This document shows, in pieces, positions 20,329-30,614 of a stretch of 64,000 bases of DNA. A program made the translations under genes and the position numbers. The notes under the pieces were generated by a model. The model saw only the letters and a program-made list of their open reading frames with translations. It made no database searches and was not told the origin of the DNA. Where the stretch lies: the NCBI GenBank assembly GCA_964403015.1, contig CAYOEJ010000005.1, forward strand, positions 5,609 to 69,608, given 5' to 3'. How positions within the stretch are numbered: the stretch's first letter is position 1; every line of letters begins with the position of its first letter. This DNA comes from an uncultured Arcanobacterium sp. GTDB lineage: Bacteria; Actinomycetota; Actinomycetes; Actinomycetales; Actinomycetaceae.

Positions 20329-23037
20329 GTGACTGACAAAACGCTTCTTCTCATCGACGGCCATTCGATGGCATTCCGTTCGTTCTTTGCGCTCCCTGCC
20401 GATTCATTTCGTACAGCTCAAGGGCAGTATACGAATGCGGTCCACGGATTCACGTCGACCTTGCTGAGATTGATGAAGGATTACAGCCCCACTCACGTTG
20501 CTGTAGCTTTCGATCTTCCCGGTGGCACTTTCCGAACCCGCGAATACACGGAATACAAAGGTGGCCGCGCCCAAACTCCCGAAGAGTTCAAGGGCCAAAT
20601 CGGCGTCATCAAGGAAGTCTTGGACACCATCGGAATTGCGTGGCTGACCGAGGAGGATTTCGAGGCTGACGACATCGTTGCCACACTCGCTGCACGCGGC
20701 AGGGACGAGGGCATGAAGGTGTTCATTGCGTCAGGAGACAAGGATTCGTATCAGCTGGTCAACGACGAAGTCTCGGTTGTCTACCCCATGCCGAGATCTC
20801 AGATGTTGCTCATGACGCCCGATGTGGTTGAAGCGCGAACGGGAGTACGTCCGGAACTCTATTCTGATCTAGCTGCACTGGTTGGTGAAAAGGCGGACAA
20901 CCTGCCGGGCGTTCCCGGCGTCGGGCCGAAGACTGCCGCCAAGTGGTTGAACCAGTATGGCGGGCTTACCGAACTTCTTGACCATGCGGACGACATCAAG
21001 GGTAAGGCGGGGGAGAGCCTTCGCGCACACGCCGAACAGGTGAGACTCAACAGGAAGCTCAATCGTCTCGTTACCGATCTTGAGATTGGCGAGGATTTCG
21101 CGGACTTCGAACCTAAAGGAGTAGCCCGCGAAGACCTCCACGATCTCTTTAACGCCCTCGACTTCACCCAGCTTCGAACCCGGGTGCTGAGCGAACTCAC
21201 CATGCGCGGTGAAGGCGAGGACGCACCCGCCTCAGCTGAGTCAACTCTGCGTGAGGCGAAGGCAATCCCTGTTGGTTCCACCCTATTCTCCGCCTTCCTC
21301 GAAGAACATCCGGGCATTTTCTCAATCGTCATCGAAGGGGACACCCGGCCGGGGCACGGGGAGGTCTCGCGTTTTGCCGTTGCAGCTGAAGATGGCACGG
21401 CCATTTTCGGTACGCCCGCCGAACTTTCAGCTGACGACGACGTTGCGCTTAGCGAGTTCCTTGCGGACGATTCTGAACGGAAGATCGGCCACGGTACAAA
21501 GGGCTTGTCCCACGCCTGGTACGGGATGGGTAAGCAGTTCCACGGCGTTGTTGCTGATACGGAACTTGACGCCTATCTCCTACACCCCGATCAGCGGCGT
21601 TACGACGTTGACGATCTTGCCCAGCGCTACCTAGCGATCGATCTTTCTCAGCTCGGAGAATCTGACACGCTCGGTATTGCTCCAGATGGAAGCCTTGTTG
21701 ACGACGACCTAGCACCACGCGCCGCGGCTCTTCATGATCTTCGAGAGGCATTCGTTGACGAACTGGACAAGCAGGGCCAGAACGAAAATCTTGTTGAGCT
21801 CGAACTGGATGTATCCAACATTCTTGCTTCCATGGAGCGGCGCGGGATCGCTGTTGATGGAGTGAGGCTTGATGCTCTCTGGTCAGACTTCAATGCCAAG
21901 GTTGAAGAGGCAGCCCGGCGTGCGCACGCGGCTATTGGTGATGATTCAGTCAATCTGTCCAGCCCGAAACAGCTCCAGGCGGTTCTTTTCGACGAACTCG
22001 ATCTGCCCAAAACGAAGAAGACGAAATCGGGTTACACAACGAATGCAGATGCGCTCGCCGATCTGCTCGTCAAGATCGCTCACCGCGAGGACGATGCGGC
22101 AGTTGCCGGCCAAGAGTTCTTGTCTGGGCTTTTGGCACATAGGGATGCTATTAAGCTGCGTCAATCGGTGGAGGGCCTGCAGCGTTCAGTTCAACCAGAT
22201 GGTCGAATCCGAACGACCTATCAGCAAACTGTTGCTGCAACTGGTCGTCTGTCCTCCACGGAGCCGAACCTTCAAAACATTCATGCGCGCACGGAGGAAG
22301 GCCTGCAGATCCGCGAGGTATTTGTTCCCGGCGAAGGTTACGACCTGCTCATGACCGCCGATTACTCCCAGATCGAGATGCGCCTGATGGCACATCTATC
22401 AGGCGATGAGGAGCTTATCGCTGCATTCAATGCGGGTGCAGACCTCCATAACTATGTGGCTGCACGAGTATTCAACGTTGGCGAAGACTCGGTGTCTGCG
22501 GCTCAGCGCTCACGTATCAAGGCGATGAGCTACGGCCTGGTTTACGGCCTGTCCGCCTTTGGGCTCTCTGCTCAGCTGAAGATTCCCGTTCCGGAAGCGC
22601 AAAAGCTCATGAACGAATACTTCAGGCGCTTTGGCCGCGTGAAGGACTACCTTGATTCGCTGGTGGAGCGCGCGCGAAAGGACGGGTACACGGAAACCTT
22701 GCTCGGCCGTCGTCGGTATCTCCCAGAACTAACATCAACCAACCGTCAGGTGCGCGAGTCCGCAGAACGCATGGCGCTCAACGCTCCCATCCAGGGATCG
22801 GCGGCAGACATTATCAAGCTCGCAATGAAACGTGTGGAGCAGGCACTTCTTGACGAAGGATTAACCTCGCGAATGCTCCTGCAAGTACATGACGAACTCG
22901 TGCTCGAAGTGGTGGCTGAAGAAGCAGAACGAGTCGAAGCAATCGTGCGAGAGAACATGGGATCTGCATGGGATCTGTCGGTGCCGCTTTCGGCGGGAGT
23001 CGGTGTTGGTCGCACCTGGCGAGAGGCCGCACACTGA
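20329..23037 (+). CDS. polA: DNA polymerase I
   Basis: 902 aa. Has a 5-prime nuclease N-terminus (LLLIDGHSMAFRSFFAL) and family A polymerase motifs (DYSQIEMRLMAH, QVHDELV). Confidence 0.95.
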   Translation: MTDKTLLLIDGHSMAFRSFFALPADSFRTAQGQYTNAVHGFTSTLLRLMKDYSPTHVAVAFDLPGGTFRTREYTEYKGGRAQTPEEFKGQIGVIKEVLDTIGIAWLTEEDFEADDIVATLAARGRDEGMKVFIASGDKDSYQLVNDEVSVVYPMPRSQMLLMTPDVVEARTGVRPELYSDLAALVGEKADNLPGVPGVGPKTAAKWLNQYGGLTELLDHADDIKGKAGESLRAHAEQVRLNRKLNRLVTDLEIGEDFADFEPKGVAREDLHDLFNALDFTQLRTRVLSELTMRGEGEDAPASAESTLREAKAIPVGSTLFSAFLEEHPGIFSIVIEGDTRPGHGEVSRFAVAAEDGTAIFGTPAELSADDDVALSEFLADDSERKIGHGTKGLSHAWYGMGKQFHGVVADTELDAYLLHPDQRRYDVDDLAQRYLAIDLSQLGESDTLGIAPDGSLVDDDLAPRAAALHDLREAFVDELDKQGQNENLVELELDVSNILASMERRGIAVDGVRLDALWSDFNAKVEEAARRAHAAIGDDSVNLSSPKQLQAVLFDELDLPKTKKTKSGYTTNADALADLLVKIAHREDDAAVAGQEFLSGLLAHRDAIKLRQSVEGLQRSVQPDGRIRTTYQQTVAATGRLSSTEPNLQNIHARTEEGLQIREVFVPGEGYDLLMTADYSQIEMRLMAHLSGDEELIAAFNAGADLHNYVAARVFNVGEDSVSAAQRSRIKAMSYGLVYGLSAFGLSAQLKIPVPEAQKLMNEYFRRFGRVKDYLDSLVERARKDGYTETLLGRRRYLPELTSTNRQVRESAERMALNAPIQGSAADIIKLAMKRVEQALLDEGLTSRMLLQVHDELVLEVVAEEAERVEAIVRENMGSAWDLSVPLSAGVGVGRTWREAAH

Positions 23038-23067
23038 CACGCAACATGTGAGCCGCAGCCGGGGCAC

Positions 23068-23856
23068 CTACGCTCTGAATGAGCGCACGATGAGCGTGCC
23101 CGGAATGAACTGGGAGCGCTCGGGCCCCCATCCTCCCCATACAACCTCGCGATCTGTGGGCCATTCCGGTTCGATAACTTTGTCCACGATGAATCCCGAA
23201 TCACTTAGGGAATTCATGTGGTCAGCCAACGTGTGGTGGAATTCGGCATAGTCAAGAACACCGCCGCGTTCAAGATACGGCTCGTGATCAAAATAGGAAT
23301 GGCGTACGCCCATGCCTTTGCGCGTCGGGTCATCGGGGAACATCCAGCGCACCGGATGCATGGCAGAGTACACCCACGTTCCACTTGGCCGCAGCAAGCG
23401 GGCCACCTCGCGGTGGACGTCGGCGAGATTGGGAACGAAAGGCAGTACACCAAATGATGTGAAGACGACGTCGAACGATTCTGGTTCGAATGGAAGCGAG
23501 CGGGCATCTGCGTGGATGAGCGGAAATTGTGTGCCCGCATCGCTATTGAGACGCTCGGCGTTCTTGAGCATTTCCTGCGACAAATCGGAGGCGGCTACGT
23601 TGACGCCGCGAAGCGCGAGATAGCGCGAGCACTGTGCGGCCCCGCAGCCAATTTCGAGGACGTCACGCCCCGATAAATCTCGCCCGAGCAGGTGAACATC
23701 GCCCTCGTGTAATCCCTCGGGTCCCCAGATGAACTCCGCGCTGCCAAGAATCTCCCCGTGATCGTTCAAGTACACGCGGGCGTGGCGATCCCACCATCGT
23801 TCGTTCGCGGCGGTCGGGTCATCGCCGTCATTCAATGGAGCACGTCCCACATTCAT
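23068..23856 (-). CDS. class I SAM-dependent methyltransferase
   Basis: VLEIGCGAAQCSRYLA motif I, followed by FDVVFTSFGVLPFV. Confidence 0.7.
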   Translation of the reverse strand: MNVGRAPLNDGDDPTAANERWWDRHARVYLNDHGEILGSAEFIWGPEGLHEGDVHLLGRDLSGRDVLEIGCGAAQCSRYLALRGVNVAASDLSQEMLKNAERLNSDAGTQFPLIHADARSLPFEPESFDVVFTSFGVLPFVPNLADVHREVARLLRPSGTWVYSAMHPVRWMFPDDPTRKGMGVRHSYFDHEPYLERGGVLDYAEFHHTLADHMNSLSDSGFIVDKVIEPEWPTDREVVWGGWGPERSQFIPGTLIVRSFRA

Positions 23857-24046
23857 GTCATCATCCTTGAGTGAATGCCCTGCAAATATGTGTCGAACAC
23901 TTCAAGTAGAGGCAGCATTTCGTTTGCCCATTCGCATGAAATAGCCGTAGACTCGTCTGTTGGCGCGCTGTATGGCCTTTGGCCGTTCAGGACGTCACAT
24001 TTGTCCGAATATTCAATCTATTATAACCGCTGGAGTCACCAACTCT

Positions 24047-25525
24047 ATGACCGCTAATACCACCTCCAACACGACCCCGGAGGTCGCAATCAACGACATC
24101 GGCACCGAGGAAGAGCTCATCGCCGCTGTTGACGAGACCATCAAGTACTTTAACGACGGGGATATCGTCGAGGGTACGGTAGTCAAGGTCGATCGGGACG
24201 AAGTCCTTCTCGACATCGGCTACAAGACCGAGGGTGTCATTCCCTCCAAGGAACTTTCCATCAAGCATGACGTCGACCCTGATGAGGTCGTCGAAGTTGG
24301 TGACAAGATCGAAGCCCTTGTCATCCAGAAGGAAGACAAGGAAGGTCGTCTTCTTCTGTCGAAGAAGCGCGCACAGTACGAGCGTGCCTGGGCCAAGATC
24401 GAAGAAGTCAAGGAAGCAGACGGCGTCGTTACCGGTACCGTCATCGAGGTTGTCAAGGGCGGCCTCATCCTCGACATCGGCCTTCGCGGCTTCCTCCCGG
24501 CATCGCTGGTTGAGATGCGTCGCGTTCGCGATCTCCAGCCTTACATCGGCAAGGAAATCGAAGCCAAGATCATTGAACTGGACAAGAACCGCAACAACGT
24601 CGTTCTTTCCCGTCGTTCCTGGCTTGAACAGACCCAGTCTGAGGTTCGCTCCCACTTCCTCAACACCCTCCAGAAGGGCCAGGTGCGCGAAGGCGTTATC
24701 TCGTCCATCGTCAACTTTGGTGCGTTCGTTGACCTTGGTGGCGTAGACGGTCTCGTTCACGTCTCCGAGCTGTCGTGGAAGCACATCGACCACCCGTCCG
24801 AGGTTGTCGAGGTTGGTCAGCCTGTCACCGTCGAGGTTCTCGAAGTCGACATGGATCGCGAGCGTGTTTCGCTCTCGCTCAAGGCCACCCAAGAGGATCC
24901 GTGGCAGACCTTCGCACGCACCCACACCATTGGCCAGGTCGTGCCGGGCAAGGTTACGAAGCTCGTCCCATTCGGCGCGTTTATTCGCGTCGAAGACGGC
25001 ATCGAGGGTCTTGTACACATCTCCGAGCTTGCACAGCGCCACATCGATCTGCCCGAGCAGGTCGTCAAGGTTGGTGACGACGCCTTCGTGAAGGTGATCG
25101 ACATCGATCTCGAGCGCCGTCGCATCTCCCTCTCGCTCAAGCAGGCTAACGAGGGCGTGGATCCGAACTCTGATGACTTCGATCCTTCGCTGTACGGCAT
25201 GTCCGCTGAGTACGACGAAGCTGGTAACTACAAGTACCCAGAAGGCTTCGATCCTGAGACTAACGAGTGGCTCGAGGGCTACGAGGAGAATCAGGCAGCT
25301 TGGGAAGCCGAGTACGCAGAGGCAGAGTCCCGCTGGCAGGCACACCGCGCACAGGTGGCCAAGGCAGCAGAGGCCGACGCCCAAGCAGCAGCTTCCACTC
25401 CTGCACAGGCAGCTGAGCAGGGCGAGCCTGCACAGACGTCCTACTCGTCCGGCAACGATGCTTCAGGCACGCTTGCATCTGACGAGGCTCTAGCAGCACT
25501 TCGTGAGAAGCTGACTGGTAACTAA
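24047..25525 (+). CDS. rpsA: 30S ribosomal protein S1
   Basis: Four S1 repeats (e.g. GDIVEGTVVKVD, GTVIEVVKGGLILDIG) and an acidic/Ala-rich tail. I moved the start to ATG 24047 (MTANTTS...). Confidence 0.95.
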   Translation: MTANTTSNTTPEVAINDIGTEEELIAAVDETIKYFNDGDIVEGTVVKVDRDEVLLDIGYKTEGVIPSKELSIKHDVDPDEVVEVGDKIEALVIQKEDKEGRLLLSKKRAQYERAWAKIEEVKEADGVVTGTVIEVVKGGLILDIGLRGFLPASLVEMRRVRDLQPYIGKEIEAKIIELDKNRNNVVLSRRSWLEQTQSEVRSHFLNTLQKGQVREGVISSIVNFGAFVDLGGVDGLVHVSELSWKHIDHPSEVVEVGQPVTVEVLEVDMDRERVSLSLKATQEDPWQTFARTHTIGQVVPGKVTKLVPFGAFIRVEDGIEGLVHISELAQRHIDLPEQVVKVGDDAFVKVIDIDLERRRISLSLKQANEGVDPNSDDFDPSLYGMSAEYDEAGNYKYPEGFDPETNEWLEGYEENQAAWEAEYAEAESRWQAHRAQVAKAAEADAQAAASTPAQAAEQGEPAQTSYSSGNDASGTLASDEALAALREKLTGN

Positions 25526-25536
25526 TCTAGTTAAGG

Positions 25537-25567
25537 GAAGAGGGGCCGAAAGGCCCCTCTTTTCTTT
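25537..25567 (+). terminator. intrinsic terminator after rpsA
   Basis: GAAGAGGGGCC-GAAA-GGCCCCTCTT stem-loop followed by TTCTTT. Confidence 0.8.
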
Positions 25568-25608
25568 ACCATAGACACGTATGCCTTCGACGAAATGGAC
25601 GTAGCCCC

Positions 25609-26160
25609 ATGCTGATTACAGCCTTCGGAGCATTTGGAGAGAATGCCTCGAATCCTACTGAAGCCATCGCAGAGCGGCTTCAGAAAGACCCATCATTCAC
25701 CGAGGTTAAGATTGACGTGTTGCCTGTTGAGTATCGGGGCGCACGTCAACGAATTCAAGATCTGGGACACCACGACGTTCACCTTGCACTCGGGCTCGCG
25801 GCGGATCGGAAGGTTGCCACATTGGAGCGGCTCGCTATGAACCGGATGGATTCAGCTCATCCGGATAATTCTGGCTTCATCGCCTTGGATGAGCAAATCT
25901 CGGATGGCCCGTTGGCTTTGGAAGCAACTATTCCGGTGAAATCGCTTGTCGCGGCGGCTAAGTCCGCCGGGTTTATGCTCGAAGAATCTCTGACAGCCGG
26001 ACTTTACGTGTGCAATACGGCCCTCTACACAGGAATTCAGACATCTTCGCGTGCCGGCTTCCTTCACCTTCCATCGGAGGACTACCTCGACCTGGAAACC
26101 GGCTACAGGCTAGTGACTTTCTTGATCTCACAACTGCTTAGCGGTGACGAGCTGTGCTGA
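25609..26160 (+). CDS. pcp: pyrrolidone-carboxylate (pyroglutamyl) peptidase I
   Basis: MLITAFGAFGENASNPT, ERLAMN (catalytic Glu), TAGLYVCN (Cys) and GFLHLP (His). Confidence 0.8.
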   Translation: MLITAFGAFGENASNPTEAIAERLQKDPSFTEVKIDVLPVEYRGARQRIQDLGHHDVHLALGLAADRKVATLERLAMNRMDSAHPDNSGFIALDEQISDGPLALEATIPVKSLVAAAKSAGFMLEESLTAGLYVCNTALYTGIQTSSRAGFLHLPSEDYLDLETGYRLVTFLISQLLSGDELC

Positions 26161-27005
26161 CCTTGGCGCTCACCGGTGGAATTGCCTCCGGTAAATCGTT
26201 GGCAGCCCGTCACTTCGAGGAACTTGGTGCCCATGTCATCGATGCCGACGTCCTTGCCCGTGATGTGGTTGCGCCAGGACAGCCAGCGCTATCCGATATT
26301 GAACGCGAATGGGGCTCCCACGTTCTGCTGGACGACGGATCGCTCGATCGCTCACGACTCGCGAGCATCGTTTTTGGCGACGACGACGCGCTGGCACGGC
26401 TCAATAGCATCACGCACCCCCGTGTGGGGGAACTTTTTGAAGAACGCCTCGCTCAGTTCGAGCCTGACTCAGTTGTTATCTACGATGTGCCACTTCTGGT
26501 GGGAACCAAACGTGAGCTTTCTACGGTAGCCAATATTTCGGTTGTTGCCGACGAATCTGTTCGCATCAGCCGCATGGTAGAAATCCGCGGTATGACCGAA
26601 GCCGACGCCAAGTGTCGAATCGATTCGCAGGTAACCGACGCGGAACGGGCAGCCATTAGCGACGTTGTCATGTCGAATGATGGCTCTGAAGATGAGCTGA
26701 GGGTAAGAGTGAGGTGGCTGTGGGACCACTGGGTGCTGCCGTTTCGGCACGCTCTGACCGGCCACAATCCCGAAGACGATCACAGCACGGCCAACCCGCC
26801 GCACGGCATCGAGCTTCGGTCGGAGATCGATCTGCATCGTCGTCGTCTGATCGCTCGCGGTATCGATTGCCAACTGGACGGGACGGCGTTAGTTGCCGAG
26901 GTTCAACCAAGTGAGGCGGATCTGCGTTCGGCTGGCTGGCTCTTTGCCGGCCCAAGTGAAGCGAGAGCGGCAAATCCCGCCGTGAGCATAGCCCTGACGT
27001 GGTGA
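26154..27005 (+). CDS. coaE: dephospho-CoA kinase with a short extra C-terminal domain
   Basis: LTGGIASGKS P-loop, IDADVLARDVV and ITHPRV. An extra tail of ~85 aa follows. GTG start. Confidence 0.85.
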   Translation: MLTLALTGGIASGKSLAARHFEELGAHVIDADVLARDVVAPGQPALSDIEREWGSHVLLDDGSLDRSRLASIVFGDDDALARLNSITHPRVGELFEERLAQFEPDSVVIYDVPLLVGTKRELSTVANISVVADESVRISRMVEIRGMTEADAKCRIDSQVTDAERAAISDVVMSNDGSEDELRVRVRWLWDHWVLPFRHALTGHNPEDDHSTANPPHGIELRSEIDLHRRRLIARGIDCQLDGTALVAEVQPSEADLRSAGWLFAGPSEARAANPAVSIALTW

Positions 27006-27041
27006 CTGGAGGGTGTCGGAGCAGAGGGGTAGCCTGACAAT

Positions 27042-29096
27042 ATGCGCCCAGTTTCCGACATCATTCGTCAAGACGCCCCCTTTGAGGTCATATCTGAATA
27101 CACTCCATCGGGCGATCAGCCCACGGCAATTGCGGAATTGGCTGACCGCATCAACGCGGGCGAGAAAGACATCGTGCTTCTCGGCGCTACCGGTACTGGC
27201 AAATCAGCTACAGCGGCGTGGCTGGTGGAGAAGATTCAGCGTCCCACACTGATTCTTGAACCCAACAAAACGCTGGCAGCCCAGATGGCGGCAGAGTTCC
27301 GCGACCTACTGCCGAACAACGCAGTCGAATACTTTGTCTCGTACTACGACTACTACCAGCCAGAAGCGTACGTACCACAAACCGACACCTTTATTGAGAA
27401 GGACTCTTCGATCAACGATGAGGTAGAGCGCCTTCGACATTCGGCAACGAACTCCCTTCTGACACGGCGTGATGTTGTTGTGGTTGCATCGGTTTCCTGT
27501 ATTTATGGTCTCGGAACTCCGCAGGAGTATGTGGACCGGATGGTTCAGCTTGAAGTTGGGCAGCAGCTTGATCGTGATGACCTGCTCAAACAGTTCGTGC
27601 TGATGCAATACACGCGTAACGACATGGCCTTTACGCGCGGAACTTTCCGGGTGCGCGGAGATACGGTTGAGATCATTCCGGTGTACGAGGAACTTGCTGT
27701 GCGCGTGGAGTTCTTCGGGGATGAGATTGATGCCATTTCGCTCCTGCATCCACTTACCGGAAACGTTATTCGCGAATCCAACCACGCTCACATTTTCCCA
27801 GCTTCTCACTACGTTGCGGGCCCCGAACGCATGGGCAAGGCCATGACCTCAATCGAGGATGAGCTTCAGCATCGCCTTGAGGATTTGCGTGATCAAAATA
27901 AGCTCCTGGAGGCCCAGCGCCTCGAAATGCGCACCACCTACGATCTGGAGATGATGCGCAACCTCGGTTCCTGTGCGGGCATCGAGAACTATTCTCGGCA
28001 TATTGACGGACGTGGACCCGGCACGCCTCCCAACACGCTTCTCGACTATTTCCCGGATGACTTCGTGCTGATCATTGATGAGTCGCACGTGACCGTTCCA
28101 CAGATTGGCGCGATGTATGAGGGGGACATGTCGCGCAAGCGAACGCTGGTGGAGCACGGCTTCAGGCTGCCGTCGGCGATGGATAACCGTCCGCTCAAGT
28201 GGACGGAGTTTCTTGAGCGCATCGGCCAAACTGTCTATCTGTCTGCCACCCCGGGTAAGTACGAGATGGAACAGTCGGATGGATTCGTTGAGCAGATTAT
28301 TCGCCCCACCGGCCTTGTGGATCCGGAAGTTGTGGTCAAACCGACGAAGGGCCAGATCGATGATCTCCTCGAAGAGGTTCGGAAGCGCGTGGACCGAGAT
28401 GAGCGTGTTCTTGTCACGACGTTGACGAAGAAGATGGCAGAAGACTTGACCGACTACCTCGCTGAGCGCGGTGTGAAAGTTGAGTACCTGCATTCCGACG
28501 TCGATACGCTTCGCCGAGTGGAGCTGCTGCGCGAGCTTCGGCTCGGTAAGTTCGACGTGCTCGTGGGAATTAACCTACTCCGAGAAGGTCTTGACCTCCC
28601 GGAGGTATCACTTGTGGCGATCCTCGATGCGGACAAACAGGGATTCCTGCGATCGACCACCTCCCTCATTCAGACCATCGGCCGAGCAGCACGAAACGTA
28701 TCGGGCCAGGTTCATATGTATGCCGACTCAGTCACGCCGAATATGAAGGAAGCGATTGAGGAGACCAATCGACGTCGTGATAAGCAGCTTGCGTACAACA
28801 AGGAACACGGAATTGATCCCACTCCGCTACGGAAGAAGATCGCCGATGTCACTGACATGCTGGCGCGTGAGGACGTGGATACCGAGACGCTTCTCGAAGG
28901 CGGCTATCGCAAAGAGAAGTCCGTCGTGGACCGTCTTCCTGAAGACGGAAAGGAAATTGCGGATCTTCTCGAGGAGCTTACCCTGCAAATGCACGCGGCA
29001 GCCGAGCAGCTCCAATTCGAGCTCGCAGCGCGACTTCGCGACGAAATTGAAGACGTCAAACGCGAGCTTAGAGCGATTAAGCAGGCGAGTTCCTGA
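27042..29096 (+). CDS. uvrB: excinuclease ABC subunit B
   Basis: 684 aa. GATGTGKS, helicase motifs and a C-terminal UVR domain ([13 protein letters not shown]). Confidence 0.95.
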   Translation: MRPVSDIIRQDAPFEVISEYTPSGDQPTAIAELADRINAGEKDIVLLGATGTGKSATAAWLVEKIQRPTLILEPNKTLAAQMAAEFRDLLPNNAVEYFVSYYDYYQPEAYVPQTDTFIEKDSSINDEVERLRHSATNSLLTRRDVVVVASVSCIYGLGTPQEYVDRMVQLEVGQQLDRDDLLKQFVLMQYTRNDMAFTRGTFRVRGDTVEIIPVYEELAVRVEFFGDEIDAISLLHPLTGNVIRESNHAHIFPASHYVAGPERMGKAMTSIEDELQHRLEDLRDQNKLLEAQRLEMRTTYDLEMMRNLGSCAGIENYSRHIDGRGPGTPPNTLLDYFPDDFVLIIDESHVTVPQIGAMYEGDMSRKRTLVEHGFRLPSAMDNRPLKWTEFLERIGQTVYLSATPGKYEMEQSDGFVEQIIRPTGLVDPEVVVKPTKGQIDDLLEEVRKRVDRDERVLVTTLTKKMAEDLTDYLAERGVKVEYLHSDVDTLRRVELLRELRLGKFDVLVGINLLREGLDLPEVSLVAILDADKQGFLRSTTSLIQTIGRAARNVSGQVHMYADSVTPNMKEAIEETNRRRDKQLAYNKEHGIDPTPLRKKIADVTDMLAREDVDTETLLEGGYRKEKSVVDRLPEDGKEIADLLEELTLQMHAAAEQLQFELAARLRDEIEDVKRELRAIKQASS

Positions 29097-29159
29097 TCAC
29101 GTGTCGCCGGAATCATAAAACTGCTTCGGCGAATTTAGGCATTATTGCCGTAAGCTAGT

Positions 29160-29265
29160 CGCAGCGGAGGGGAGTATTCCCACGAAACATCGACTCGTCA
29201 TTACGACGCCCAGCGTCCGGGTCGAGGCCACTACCGCAAATGGCGGGAAGAGACCTCCGGTATTT
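29160..29265 (+). promoter_or_regulatory. candidate yybP-ykoY (Mn2+) riboswitch in the terC leader
   Basis: The 5-prime strand GGAGGGGAGUA (29166-29176) carries the conserved GGGGAGUA element. The 3-prime strand GGGAAGAGACCUCC (29245-29258) closes helix GGAGG/CCUCC. Internal helices UCGAC/GUCGA and CCGC/GCGG can form. It lies directly upstream of a TerC gene, the classic genomic context. Confidence 0.6.
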
Positions 29266-29296
29266 CTCAGTAGTACCGGAAAAGGACTTCAGAATA

Positions 29297-30529
29297 ATGC
29301 TTGATTCTTTCGTCAACATTGCGCCCATCGTGACGCAAACCAGTGCAGAAGCCGCCATGGAAGTTCATCTGTGGGAGTGGTTTGCACTTGGTGCCATCAT
29401 TATCGCCCTCGTGATGTGGGACCTTCTGGGGCACGTGAGAAAACCTCACGAACCCACGCTGAAGGAGGCCGCACTATGGTCTACCTTCTACATCGCCATC
29501 GCCCTCATTTTCGGCGGGATTATGTACTTCCGGCACAGCGGTCAATTTGCGACCGAGTACTTCGCCGGATACGTCACCGAAAAGGCGCTATCACTCGATA
29601 ACATCTTCGTATTCATTATCGTGATCGCGGCGTTCAAGGTTCCGCGGATTTATCAGCAAAAGGTGCTCATGTGGGGCATCGTGATCGCGCTGATCATGCG
29701 TTTGATCTTCATTCTTATTGGCGCCGCACTAATCGAGCGTTTCATCTGGATCTTCTTTATCTTCGGTGTGTGGATGCTCTACACGGCTGGAAAACAGATT
29801 TGGGACGGAATCCAAGAGGGAAGAGAACGTAAAGACCCTGACGCTCAAGACCCATCAGAGGACTACAAGCCCAACTTCCTCACGCGAATTGCATCGCGAA
29901 TGTTCCATGTAACCAACGGTTTCGTAGGTGACAAGATGGTTATCCGTCGAGATGGTGCTACCTGGATCACACCGATGATGCTCTGCATCATCTCGATCGG
30001 CTCGATCGACCTGCTGTTCGCGGTGGACTCTATTCCGGCAATTTTCGGCCTGACCAAGGAACCTTTCATCGTCTTCGCAGCTAACGCGTTTGCGCTGCTT
30101 GGTCTGCGTCAGCTGTTCTTCCTTGTGGACGGGCTGCTCGACAAGCTGATTTACCTCCATTACGGACTCGCGGCTATTTTGGCCTTCATCGGCTTCAAGC
30201 TCCTCCTTCACGCTTTCCACGCGTACGACATGTTCGAAGCTATTCCAGAGCCAGACATCCTTTTCTCAGTCGGATTCATTGTCGGAGCGATCTTCGTTAC
30301 TGTCGTCGCATCTATCATCGGTGCACGCCGGCAAAACGTAGAGGTTCCCACCTCAGCAGAAGAAGCTGCCCAGATCGGGCCACGCGAACGTCGTCGTCCC
30401 GAGCCGACTCAGTACTCAGGTGAGGGATCTATCGATCAGTCTCGTGACCGCACCCAAACGGATTCCGCACAGCGGAGCGAAAACGCATTTCTCGAGAACG
30501 ACGACAAAGGGCAGGACTTCCGCCGCTAA
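29297..30529 (+). CDS. terC: TerC-family integral membrane protein (putative Mn/metal exporter)
   Basis: Polytopic protein with TEKALSLDNIFVF and VDSIPAIFG TerC motifs. The track start 29240 lies inside the riboswitch candidate, so I use ATG 29297 (alternative ATG 29357). Confidence 0.85.
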   Translation: MLDSFVNIAPIVTQTSAEAAMEVHLWEWFALGAIIIALVMWDLLGHVRKPHEPTLKEAALWSTFYIAIALIFGGIMYFRHSGQFATEYFAGYVTEKALSLDNIFVFIIVIAAFKVPRIYQQKVLMWGIVIALIMRLIFILIGAALIERFIWIFFIFGVWMLYTAGKQIWDGIQEGRERKDPDAQDPSEDYKPNFLTRIASRMFHVTNGFVGDKMVIRRDGATWITPMMLCIISIGSIDLLFAVDSIPAIFGLTKEPFIVFAANAFALLGLRQLFFLVDGLLDKLIYLHYGLAAILAFIGFKLLLHAFHAYDMFEAIPEPDILFSVGFIVGAIFVTVVASIIGARRQNVEVPTSAEEAAQIGPRERRRPEPTQYSGEGSIDQSRDRTQTDSAQRSENAFLENDDKGQDFRR

Positions 30530-30576
30530 CATTCTAGGCGGTCGACTGCTGGCAGATTAGCGTTGGAAAGACCGTT

Positions 30577-30609
30577 GCGCTGTTCGTACCCGTGAGTGAC
30601 GAGCAGCGC
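30577..30609. terminator. possible bidirectional stem-loop between convergent terC and the BASS transporter gene
   Basis: GCGCTGTTCGT...ACGAGCAGCGC forms an 11-bp stem with one mismatch. The flanking U-tract is weak. Confidence 0.35.
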
Positions 30610-30614
30610 AAGGT

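Noticed and set aside
23987-25384. 465-aa minus-strand ORF.
   Set aside because: It is exactly antisense to rpsA. The composition is low-complexity, Leu/Val/Asp-rich and typical of a shadow frame in high-GC DNA. The same reasoning applies to 39970..41046 (antisense to gap), 17991..18941 (pyk), 42365..43081 (tpiA), 27849..28493 (uvrB), 33975..34625 (uvrA), 47980..48756 (an alternative frame inside tkt) and 6476..7135 (arc/dop).
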